64,000 bases of DNA from an uncultured Thermoplasmata archaeon (lineage in GTDB: Archaea; Thermoplasmatota; Thermoplasmata; Lutacidiplasmatales; UBA184): contig CAVQKI010000006.1 in assembly GCA_963713145.1 (NCBI GenBank), positions 74,369 through 138,368 on the forward strand, given 5' to 3'. Below the pieces are notes generated by a model that saw nothing but the letters and a program-made list of their open reading frames with translations, was not told the DNA's origin and did no database searches. How positions within the stretch are numbered: position 1 is the stretch's first letter; each line of letters opens with the position of its first letter. Of the stretch, positions 55,901 through 64,000 are shown in pieces. The position numbers were made by a program, and so were the translations under genes.

Positions 55901-58330
55901 GACTGAGTCTCCGTCCTTTCATTTCCGGGCTCGATCCGCCGCACTCGTCCTGCTGGTTATAGTCCTGCTCTTGGCGCTGGCCGGAGCGATCTTGACCGAG
56001 GTTCGCGCAGGGGGCCATCAGCTCTCTGGCTCGGGCCCTGTCCGCGATTCGACTTCTCCACCCTCCATCGGTGTACGACTGCCACCTATTCCAACGTCGC
56101 CAGCGGCGTTCCCTCCGCGGGGGGCGGGCGCCATGTATTCAGCTGCCCAAGACCCTATGGGCCTCGCCGATTACGGTCAAGCTCACTACAGCTCGTCGTC
56201 ATTTCTCGCGACCGCTTCGATCAGTTCCTTGTCGACTTCTGGGTCCGGCTCTGTCGGCTCCGACATGTCGTTCCAACTAAACGTTGTGCTCGAATTCGAG
56301 AATGGAGGGAATCTCTACGACTATTGGATTCAGGATGTTGCCGGAGTCAATACCGCGGCTAAAGAGGTCCAGTACTTCGAAAACAACATCTGGAATCTCT
56401 CCAGCTCTAACATGTGTCTATCGAATTCCGCGGTTAGTGGGAATGGCGAGGTGTATCCCTTCAGCGGTTGCGAGGAATATTACGCGTATAGTGTTGGGGC
56501 CTCGTTCGCCTATCCGGGGACATTTCAACTGAAGGTCAACACGACTGTGAATTCGAACGGTCAACCAACCGTTCGATTCATGTACGATATCGGAGCGGGC
56601 TTCGTGACCTATGATTTCGTCACATTTCCCTTTGTGTCCCAGCTCGACCAATCTTACTCCTTCGTAGTGAACAGCGGCGGGACGACTCCCGCGGGGGCTT
56701 ACTACGATGCTGAGTTCGTCCTCGGAGGCCCCGGCGGGGGTACCAGCACGGCCGATGTGGGATCAGACATCCAACTGACCCTCCAGCTTTGGAACGGCAA
56801 CAACTACCAGATGATTCAGAACGGAGAGAACCATGGCGAAGACACCGCGGAGACGATCACCAACGCCGAGGTCAATGGTTACTACTACGCCTCGACCGGA
56901 GAGCTGTACCAGGGGTTGTCGCAGGAACGGAGAACATCGACCAAATGTGGGGTTCCGATTCGATTACCTTCGTCGAGATTGAGGGGCCCGGTACGTGCAA
57001 CGGGACCCTCTTCTCAGGATCGACCGGGACACCCTATCTCGGAGGCCACGGAAGCATCACGTTGTGGCCCGTCTCTCCTGACTTTCAAGTATCTTGCGAT
57101 GGCTTCACTCTGAACCTCGGGACCTACACCCTCTCGGGAGGGAGTTACCTAGTGCTGAGCGCGGGCACATGGGCCGACGTCGCCTTCAGCGAGACCGGGC
57201 TACCTGCGGGCTCAGAATGGCGTGTAACGATTGGCTCGGACGTCCAGTCTAGCTCTGGAACCGCCCTGGAGATCTACCTGCCGACTGGTTCCCACCGGTC
57301 CACGATGTCCGGACCTGCTCACTACCTCCCCCAGCCCTCCACCGGAGGCATCACTCTTGGTTCCTCCGGGGAGGGAGTTGGGGTTGCCTGGCAGGACGTC
57401 CAAGTCCATTCGAACTCTGCGTCCGGAAGCGTGGACCTGGGTCAGGTCGTCGAGTTCTCCACCACCCTCACGGGGACCGCAGAGGATTCATTCGTTTGGA
57501 GTGGGCTGCCGAACGGGTGCAGTAGCGCCAACTTTAGCGCAGACTCTTGCGGTCCAACCGGTGCTGGAACGTTCTCCGTCGCGTTGTCCGTCACTGATGC
57601 GAACGGTTACACGGCGACCAGCGCCGCCTCTCCGATCACGGTGTTCTCCGATCCATCCATCTCATTCATCGTGACTCCTGGAGCGTCGACCCTCGCTGGC
57701 CAGAGCCTCGCCTTCACGGCGACGGTACGGAACGGCTCCGGCGGGTTCCACTACTTGTGGAATGGTCTTCCGGCGGGGTGTCAGTCGGCCGATTCTTACT
57801 CGCTTGCGTGCTCACCCTCGGGCCCCGGGAGCTGGGTCATCTCGATCACGGTGACCGACTCCAACGGGGGGAATGCCACAAGTCAGGGTATCGCTGTGAC
57901 CGTCCAAGCGTCGTTTCTCGGCCTTTCCGCGCAAGAGGGATACGGGCTTCTCGTCGCCCTATCGGTCATCCTTTTGGCCGTCCTTGCGGCGGTCTTCGCG
58001 GTCCGGCGGAGACGACCAAGGAAAGGCAACCTCAACGTGAATGCCCGATTCACTGAAGGAGCTCCTTCAACACGAGGTCCCTCAATCCCTCCTGGGTACG
58101 CTTCGGGCGCCCCGGTATCAGCGGGAGCCGTTCTTATCCCCAGCTGGTTTGAGGAGCAGACAAGCGCGATGGATGGGTTGGACCCCGGCTCAGTCGCCAT
58201 GGGGACGCCCTTGATCAACCCGCCTGACCCAGTTTGCTGGCATTGCCACTTCGAGAACTCCGCCGGCAGCCGCTATTGCGCGACCTGCGCGATGCCGCTC
58301 GAACCTCCACCTATACCGCCCGGAACCTAA
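55893..58330 (+). CDS. thermopsin-family (A5) peptidase with two PKD-like domains, TM anchor and zinc-ribbon tail; frame break at about 56905-56915
   Basis: Thermopsin motifs MSFQLNVVL, YDYWIQDVAG, YFENNIWN, YYDAEFVLGGPGGG and HGEDTAETI. One VAFSETGLPAGSEWRV module. Two PKD-like repeats (FVWSGLPNGC...VTDANGYTA; YLWNGLPAGC...VTDSNGGNA). TM helix LLVALSVILLAVLAAVFAV. Tail CWHCHFENSAGSRYCATC. Confidence 0.8.
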
Positions 58331-58585
58331 CCCAAAACTGCCGCCTCACGCAGAAAGGGTTCGGCATCGACTGGATAGGCGCATCACCCGCCCCTGGCTT
58401 TGTGTGGGACGGGTGATGCAGCTGGGGATCAGCTACCCGATCCCTTCGCAAACGGCCTGGCTTCCGGGATTCAGCGGGTTTTGAACTCTTTCAGCCTAAA
58501 TCGGCACATACGTCTCTCTCGGCAGAGTCTCGAGTCCTGAGCAATCCGAGAGAACTATTATCGTGGCAGAGGAACGGTTACTCGT

Positions 58586-59473
58586 TTGATGGCGAGCAGC
58601 GGACCAGAATCCTCAGCCAAAGGGCGTCGGGTCGCCGCCTCCAGTCTCGTATTGATCGCTGCAATCCTACTGACGGTTGCGATGGTTGTCTCGTGGTGGG
58701 GGGTCTCGATCAGTGGAGGTGGGGCAACGGTTTCGGTGAACTTCCTGCCCGGGTCTTCCTATTCGGGCTCAGGGACTTACAACGGGATTACATACTCAGC
58801 TTCGGCCACCTACACATCGGCCAACCTCACAAACGTTGGATTCCTCTACGAGGCCGTCTTAGCATTGGGCCTGTTCGTTGCCATCGCCGCATTCGTGGGA
58901 ATGGCCCTCGGTTACGCAAGTGCGTTCGGGAACTTCAGGTCGTGGCGCCCCGCCGGGATCGCGGAGACCCTCACTGAGGTCTCATTCGTCTTCACCCTGA
59001 TTCTCCCTATTCTGATCGCAATCATGCAACCGTGGGCTTACGGCGTGGATACCTCCAATGCAAAGGCTTCTTGCGGGGCAGGCTCCAACCTCTGCAACTC
59101 ATTCTGGGGCTCTGTTTCCTCTGACGGCGTCACGGGCACATGGGGAGCGGGGGTAGGATGGTACCTCGCGGTCGTGGCAGCCGTCCTGCTCGCGGTGGCG
59201 ATCGGCCTATTCTTGACCTCGGAACCCAAGCTCTACACACGTGAAGAGATCTTGGGGGCGTCACCTCAGCCGGCCGCGCCCCAGGGCTATCCTGTCGGCC
59301 CTTCGTCAGCCCCATACGCCCAGTCCGTCCTCCAGCCCACGGTGTATGCTCAACCCATTCTGGCGCCCACTCCTCCCCGCTCACCCCGATTCTGTCCTTT
59401 CTGTGGGACCACAAACGCAAGAGAATATTCCTACTGCCAAAAGTGCGGGAAAACCCTTCCCCCGCCAATCTAG
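58586..59473 (+). CDS. polytopic membrane protein with C-terminal Pro-rich linker and zinc ribbon
   Basis: 4-5 hydrophobic helices, then PQPAAPQGYP...PTPPRSPR, then FCPFCGTTNAREYSYCQKCG. Confidence 0.6.
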   Translation: MMASSGPESSAKGRRVAASSLVLIAAILLTVAMVVSWWGVSISGGGATVSVNFLPGSSYSGSGTYNGITYSASATYTSANLTNVGFLYEAVLALGLFVAIAAFVGMALGYASAFGNFRSWRPAGIAETLTEVSFVFTLILPILIAIMQPWAYGVDTSNAKASCGAGSNLCNSFWGSVSSDGVTGTWGAGVGWYLAVVAAVLLAVAIGLFLTSEPKLYTREEILGASPQPAAPQGYPVGPSSAPYAQSVLQPTVYAQPILAPTPPRSPRFCPFCGTTNAREYSYCQKCGKTLPPPI

Positions 59474-59625
59474 TTCCCCCAATGAAACTCAACGAAACGC
59501 GTATTCGACGTTTGACTCCCGCCAATCGATGGTAGGTGGAACGAAGCGGTGAACCTCGTCCCGTCCGGAAAACCACCCCTTATTGCACGCAGTTCCTAGA
59601 AAGGCCCAAGGCGTAGCGAAGAATC

Positions 59626-60132
59626 GTGGCCTCCGTATCTATGGTGGACGCGACGCTGTTACTGGGGCTTGTCGGCGGGGTCGGAGCCGTTATCTCGGTA
59701 CTTGTGGCGGTACTCCCTCAGGCCTTGGACTGGTACTACGAGCGAGTGAACCGTCCGTTGACTGTAAAGGTCGTGAGCGTGATTACGAGGGTGAATCAGA
59801 CCCAATACGGGTTAGTTCGGTTCAGGGTTCGGAATCGCATTCGCGCTGCGATTTCGGTTCAGGTGTCCCCGATGTGCATCGGATACCTTCCTGAACTGGT
59901 CCAGACTGAAGGGATCTTCGCCGATCCGAGGGTCCTCACCTATCCGTCGAACGAGACGGCATTCTCCTTTTGGCTACCCGGGCACGACACGAGAGAGGTC
60001 GCGCTGGAGCTACCAGTGAGGCCGAACGTATTCGAAGGTCGCGAGACGGTCAGCCCGATAGTCTTCGCGAGCCGATTCGTCGTTCAGGAGGTCCCTTTGG
60101 GGCCCTTCGAATTCAGCGTCACTTCGGGGTGA
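59626..60132 (+). CDS. N-terminally anchored beta-sandwich-like protein
   Basis: LLLGLVGGVGAVISVLVAVL, followed by a beta-rich body (LTVKVVSVITRV...FRVRNRIRAAISVQV). Confidence 0.5.
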   Translation: MASVSMVDATLLLGLVGGVGAVISVLVAVLPQALDWYYERVNRPLTVKVVSVITRVNQTQYGLVRFRVRNRIRAAISVQVSPMCIGYLPELVQTEGIFADPRVLTYPSNETAFSFWLPGHDTREVALELPVRPNVFEGRETVSPIVFASRFVVQEVPLGPFEFSVTSG

Positions 60133-60244
60133 GATGCCTAAGCCTAACCCTTTGGAAGTTTGTCGTCCTGTACATTCCTCCCCCTCTGGAGCTGTCGGCG
60201 GGCAACGTTCTCGAATGGGGTCCCTTTCGACGAGCAGGGCCAAA

Positions 60245-60799
60245 CTAGCGGGACGCCGGAGCGGCGCGTACCTGGATGACGGTGCTCCTGGCGGAAGCCG
60301 TGCCGTCTTGGACTTCGTTAACTGGTAGTCCCCAGGATCGCGCCACATTCGCCAACACTTCGATGCCTTCAGGAGTAATCTCCTGGGGTACGGCACGACG
60401 AACCGTCCTCAGGACAAAGGCCGGAGTGGAAGGACTCCCCCCGGGGACCGGCTTCAGGAGGTCGAACGAGACCGTTGGATTGCTTCGACCGTACCGGACT
60501 ACCCTTCCAGATGGCAACGTGAGGATTAGCTCGTCGTTCAGGACTTGAATTGAAATGGGGCAGTTCGCAAGCATCGGCGAGAAGATGGTGTAGCCCACGG
60601 CACCGACGACCGCCATGAACCCCCCGAGGATCCAAGCCAGGTCAAGCATCCATCGCGCATCTTGGAACGGATTCAGACCGGCGAGCACGAAGAGAAATCC
60701 GCCAACCACAATGGGTCCAAACGAGGCCACCCTGATGAAGATCCGCACGCCTGAACCGGCCGCAGAAGTGGCTACCGGGTTCACCACGAGTTCAGCCAT
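60245..60799 (-). CDS. membrane protein (3 TM) with PH-like C-terminal domain
   Basis: IVVGGFLFVLAGL and LAWILGGFMAVVGAVGYTIF, followed by a soluble domain of about 90 aa. Confidence 0.5.
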   Translation of the reverse strand: MAELVVNPVATSAAGSGVRIFIRVASFGPIVVGGFLFVLAGLNPFQDARWMLDLAWILGGFMAVVGAVGYTIFSPMLANCPISIQVLNDELILTLPSGRVVRYGRSNPTVSFDLLKPVPGGSPSTPAFVLRTVRRAVPQEITPEGIEVLANVARSWGLPVNEVQDGTASARSTVIQVRAAPASR

Positions 60800-60916
60800 C
60801 GGTTTTCGGGCGACTCCATCGGCTTGGAAGAAGTGACTCGACCCCGAAACGGGTGGATTGTCGACCCCCCCAATTGGTATGGGCAGATGGAGGCCTAGCA
60901 GAGTTCCGAGAGAATC

Positions 60917-61353
60917 ATGGAGAAGGGGTCCCCAACGGCTTCCCCACAGACCCGTCGGCGAGAACGGAGTCCATGGTTAGGCCCCCTCATCGCTGCCATC
61001 ATCCTCGGCTCGGTAGTGATTCTCCTGCTGGCCGTCGTGCCCCTGCCCCAGCACGAACCGGAGTCATTCTCAATCTCAAGTGTAGGGGGATTCAAGTGCG
61101 GTTGGGGGCCCAATCTGACGGTTGCTCACGACGGTTACTTTTGTGTTCTCCTGGGTGACGAACGATAGTACCCGAAGTATCCTTCGTGATTATCCTGCCG
61201 TCAGGCGTGACCATGTTTGCGAGTAACTACCAATCCGGAGAGGGGAGCATTGACGTCATTGGGGGCTCTCATTATGCGTTCAACTTGTGTAGTGGCGGAC
61301 CCGTTACCCTTCAGGTTACAGGCACCCTGAACTTCGCGATCCCGCTGCTCTAA
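60917..61353 (+). CDS. small N-terminally anchored protein, readable only across 2-3 frames
   Basis: WLGPLIAAIILGSVVILLLAVV lies in ORF 60917..61168. The downstream in-line piece VTMFASNYQSGEGSIDVIGGSHYAFNLCSGGPVTLQVTGTLNFAIPLL ends at the TAA at 61351-61353. Confidence 0.3.
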
Positions 61354-61427
61354 TCGGGCGGGTTTCCGGACGACGGGCAGTTTCGCATCGAGCGCGGGCC
61401 CGCGCGCTCCTCGCGGTCGGTCGACCC

Positions 61428-61452
61428 ACGCGCTGATTGCGGTTTCGTCATC
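61428..61452. repeat. imperfect 25-bp direct repeat, copy 1 (ACGCGCTGATTGCGGTTTCGTCATC)
   Basis: 20/25 identical to 61934-61958. The two copies bracket the cupin gene. Confidence 0.6.
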
Positions 61453-61497
61453 AGCCGGGCGCGCCCTCCGAGAATCGAATCGCAGGAGACCGCGCCG

Positions 61498-61875
61498 TCA
61501 GGTGTTGCGCCCCCGGAGCATGACCAGCATCATCTTCGCGCGTTTGGGGGATTCGAGCGCATGCGGCGCGTTGGCGGGAATGCGAACAACCGTGCCCGAG
61601 GTTGCACGAACCCGGGTCTCACTGATCGTCAGAACCAGCGCGCCCTCGAGAACGACCACGAATGCGTCATACGGCGAGGCATGCTCGCTTAGCTCCTGAC
61701 CCTCATCGAAAGCAAAGAGGGTTACACTTCCCCCTCCGGTCCGGCCGATGACACGGCTCGCGATCCCCCTCTCTGCGTAAGCGATGAGCCTTGTCAGTTC
61801 GAGAGCTTCTGCCGCGGAAATGTTGGGGTCGGCGGGCATGGCCTGGTCTGGCACTGCCGTGTCATAAGATTTCAC
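61498..61875 (-). CDS. cupin-domain protein
   Basis: GGGSVTLFAFDEGQELSEHASPYDAFVVVLEG...G.VVRIPANAPHAL. Confidence 0.75.
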   Translation of the reverse strand: MKSYDTAVPDQAMPADPNISAAEALELTRLIAYAERGIASRVIGRTGGGSVTLFAFDEGQELSEHASPYDAFVVVLEGALVLTISETRVRATSGTVVRIPANAPHALESPKRAKMMLVMLRGRNT

Positions 61876-61933
61876 TGCGGTGAGTCCACCTTCGCTCGCG
61901 CGTGGCCCTCACCCTCGCTCGTCGCCCCCCCCC

Positions 61934-61958
61934 GCGCGCGGATTGCGGTCACGTCACC
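61934..61958. repeat. imperfect 25-bp direct repeat, copy 2 (GCGCGCGGATTGCGGTCACGTCACC), preceded by a C9 run at 61925-61933
   Basis: Read directly from the sequence. Confidence 0.6.
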
Positions 61959-62152
61959 GGCAGCGCTAACCGTTCAGGCTGACCAGTGTCGAAATCGACT
62001 GGTCGGGATTCGAAAGCCATAGGCTGCGATGAGTGCGTGGGGCAACGCTTCGAGTCCGTTGGTACGTCGAGATGACGGGACGCGGCACCTGGGTCCCGGA
62101 GACGTGCGGGCGCGGTCACGGAGCATATAGGTCCACCGACGGTAGACTCGAC

Positions 62153-62395
62153 GTGCCGTTCTCCACCGCATCCCGGTGGTTCCTCACGGCGGCGCTCGTC
62201 CATCTCGCCGCGGCCGGTGCCGGGGGCTCGACGGAACCTGATTGGCCGTTCCCCTTAGCCGGGGCGACGGATCTGGGTGTCGCCATCGCGTGGGCCGCGA
62301 TCACGGTCCCCGCCCTTTATCCGCAGCTGAATCCATTGCCGGGATTGACGAGCGACAAAATCCGAGTTCTCCGGGAGAGGTGGAGGGGTAGGTGA
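62153..62395 (+). CDS. small membrane protein, stop overlaps the hemerythrin-like gene start (GTGA)
   Basis: WFLTAALVHLAAAGAGG and LGVAIAWAAITVPALY. The start is uncertain; the GTG at 62153 was chosen inside track ORF 62033..62395. Confidence 0.35.
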   Translation: MPFSTASRWFLTAALVHLAAAGAGGSTEPDWPFPLAGATDLGVAIAWAAITVPALYPQLNPLPGLTSDKIRVLRERWRGR

Positions 62396-62856
62396 ACGAT
62401 CCTACGGGGCCCGCCTCGCGCCTGCTGGGAGACGATCACGAAGACCTCGACCGGCAGTTCGAGGAGTTCCGGTCCACGCCTTCGACTGAAAGCGGCCGAC
62501 GAAACGAGCTGTTCGATCGTTTCGCGGCTGATCTGCGTCGCCACATCTCGGTGGAGGAGCGACTCCTCTTCCCCGTCTTCGGGGAGGGCGACCCCTCCCA
62601 CCGAGCGTTGATCGACAGGATGCTCGATGAGCACCTACGGATCTTGGAGGTGTTGCAACGGATCCACCTCCGGCTCGCGGCGGGTCCCGCGGCGACCGAA
62701 GATCTCGAAGTGGAGCTTCTCAACGTCCTCTGGGCCCACGACGCTCGAGAAGAGGAGGGAGTCTACCCTTGGTTCGACTCGCACCTTTCCCCCGACCTCG
62801 TCCGATTGGTGAACCGAGAGCTTCACGAAGCCGAGACGAAGAGAGAGACGCCCTAG
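62392..62856 (+). CDS. hemerythrin-like (HHE cation-binding) domain protein
   Basis: DHEDLDRQFEEF, LRRHISVEERLLFPVF, MLDEHLRI and WAHDAREEE. Confidence 0.7.
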   Translation: MNDPTGPASRLLGDDHEDLDRQFEEFRSTPSTESGRRNELFDRFAADLRRHISVEERLLFPVFGEGDPSHRALIDRMLDEHLRILEVLQRIHLRLAAGPAATEDLEVELLNVLWAHDAREEEGVYPWFDSHLSPDLVRLVNRELHEAETKRETP

Positions 62857-62956
62857 AGATCCCGCGAATCGAAGTCCTGGTCTGAGCGCTCGGGCCCGTG
62901 GACCGGGGTTTGTCGAAAGCAGGTCGTGCGACAAGAAACTCATTAGGGCTCCATCC

Positions 62957-63334
62957 GTGGAGAGGCTCGTGAGCGTCCGAGCCAAGAGGGTCTATGAGCC
63001 GATCTCTCCAACCGATGGGCGGCGCTACCTCGTGGACCGTCTCTGGCCGCGGGGATTCCGGAAGGAGAGACTCGAGCTCGCGGCGTGGCTGAAGGAGCTC
63101 GCCCCATCACCGGCGCTCCGCACATGGTTCGGGCATGACCCGAGGAAGTACTCCACCTTCCGGAGACGCTACCGCTCCGAACTCGAAGCGCGTTCGGATC
63201 TTATCGGCCGGCTCGTAGGCGAGGCGCGATCGGGCCAGGTAACGCTTCTGTTCGCCGCTCGCGACACCGACCACTGTAACGCCACCGTTCTCCGGAAGCT
63301 TATCGAGGAACGGCTCTTGGCAGCGCACAGGTAA
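62957..63334 (+). CDS. DUF488 (YeaO-like) protein
   Basis: DGRRYLVDRLWPRG.RKE......W.KELAPS..LR.WFGHDP.K...F...Y..EL and TLLFAARDTDHCNA. Confidence 0.75.
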   Translation: MERLVSVRAKRVYEPISPTDGRRYLVDRLWPRGFRKERLELAAWLKELAPSPALRTWFGHDPRKYSTFRRRYRSELEARSDLIGRLVGEARSGQVTLLFAARDTDHCNATVLRKLIEERLLAAHR

Positions 63335-63359
63335 TCGGCGGGGCAACACGTTCACGATC

Positions 63360-64000
63360 ATGGAGACACCACGGAAGAGGGACTTCTTCCTCGAGGGAAA
63401 CCGGGTCATCGCGCCGCAGGTCCATGTCCTCACCTTCCACACGGCTACGGACGACAGCTTCTCGTTCGCCCCGGGGCAGTATGTCACCTTTTACTTGGCG
63501 AGGGCGGGAAACTCAATCACCCGCTCGTCCTCCTTCTCCCCGGCCGGGAAGGTTGGGAAGTTCGACCTTCTAATCAAGCAAGTGCCCGAAGGATACGGCT
63601 CGACCCTTCTTTGCGGCCTCGTTCCGGCGACCCATCCGACGTTGAAGGGCCTGGCCCCTCTGGGACGGTTCCTGCTGAAACCTCCCGGAGACCGCGCCGT
63701 CGTTTTCGTGGCCACCGGGACTGGGCTGGCCCCGTTCATCCCCATGCTCGACGCGCTCCGAGCCCACGCCTCCCAGACCCCGACTTGGCTCATCTTCGGC
63801 GAACGCTTCCAAGAAGATCTGTTCTACTTTGACGAGATGCGTGAGCTAGAAATGGTTTGGCCGGCGTTTCATTTCTTGCCCATGCTCTCTCATCCACCGG
63901 CCAATGGGAGCTGGCACGGTGGTCTGGGCCACGTAGAGGATGCTCTGCGCGAGCGATTTCCGGACCTATCGAACTCGGACGTCTACTTGTGCGGTGTGCC
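63360..64000 (+). CDS. ferredoxin-NADP reductase-like FAD/NAD(P)-binding oxidoreductase (partial, runs off the window)
   Basis: ATG at 63360. FAPGQYVTFYL...RSSSFS, VFVATGTGLAPFIPML and DVYLCGV. Not in the ORF track because no stop lies within the window. Confidence 0.7.
   Translation, partial: METPRKRDFFLEGNRVIAPQVHVLTFHTATDDSFSFAPGQYVTFYLARAGNSITRSSSFSPAGKVGKFDLLIKQVPEGYGSTLLCGLVPATHPTLKGLAPLGRFLLKPPGDRAVVFVATGTGLAPFIPMLDALRAHASQTPTWLIFGERFQEDLFYFDEMRELEMVWPAFHFLPMLSHPPANGSWHGGLGHVEDALRERFPDLSNSDVYLCGV

Larger units (their letters stand above)
50954..61487. mobile_element. tRNA-Arg-associated integrated element / genomic island (about 10.5 kb), right boundary approximate
   Basis: It begins immediately 3' of the tRNA with an intact tyrosine integrase. 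GC is visibly lower than in the flanking core. The cargo has no housekeeping genes. The low-GC coding ends at 61353. A degenerate T-arm-like 13-mer lies at 61475-61487. Confidence 0.6.

Noticed and set aside
61046-61054. 9-mer CCCAGCACG identical to the tRNA-Arg T-stem/acceptor junction, as a possible attR.
   Set aside because: It is only 9 nt, lies inside a coding region and has non-matching flanks. A chance occurrence is plausible.
1-64000. Search for CRISPR arrays, rRNA genes and further tRNAs, looking for T-loop motifs TTCGAAT/TTCAAAT in intergenic gaps.
   Set aside because: No regularly spaced repeats of 25-40 bp were seen, and no rRNA-like conserved strings. Only the two T-arms at 29573-29589 and 50929-50945 sit in complete cloverleaves.

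Overview
High-GC archaeal chromosomal segment, roughly 65-70% GC by eye. Archaeal hallmark genes include sn-glycerol-1-phosphate dehydrogenase, GatD/GatE, Orc1/Cdc6, Hel308, archaeal-type LeuRS and NFACT/RqcH. The clusters smc-scpA-scpB and ftsZ / secE-spt5-rpl11 are also present. Two thermopsin-family (A5) peptidases and one sedolisin (S53) peptidase, all predicted secreted, suggest a Thermoplasmatota-like protein-degrading organism; this is inference only. Core housekeeping blocks lie at about 6.4-50.7 kb and 61.5-64 kb. There are three accessory regions. (i) A lower-GC island at 50.95-61.4 kb sits directly 3' of a tRNA-Arg gene. It starts with an intact tyrosine integrase and carries only secreted and membrane proteins. 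(ii) A decayed element at 0-6.3 kb ends in a multiply frameshifted integrase. (iii) An IS6-like element at 12.2-13.9 kb is inserted in the divergent thermopsin/smc promoter region. Both tRNA genes I can find (Pro-UGG, Arg-GCG) carry a related insert of about 33 nt in the D-loop. At least 15 single-base reading-frame breaks hit otherwise well-conserved genes (smc x2, ftsZ, hel308, queE and others). The assembly is therefore probably indel-noisy, and the ORF track fragments or fuses several genes. No rRNA gene or CRISPR array is seen. All family assignments come from motif recognition by eye; no searches were run.
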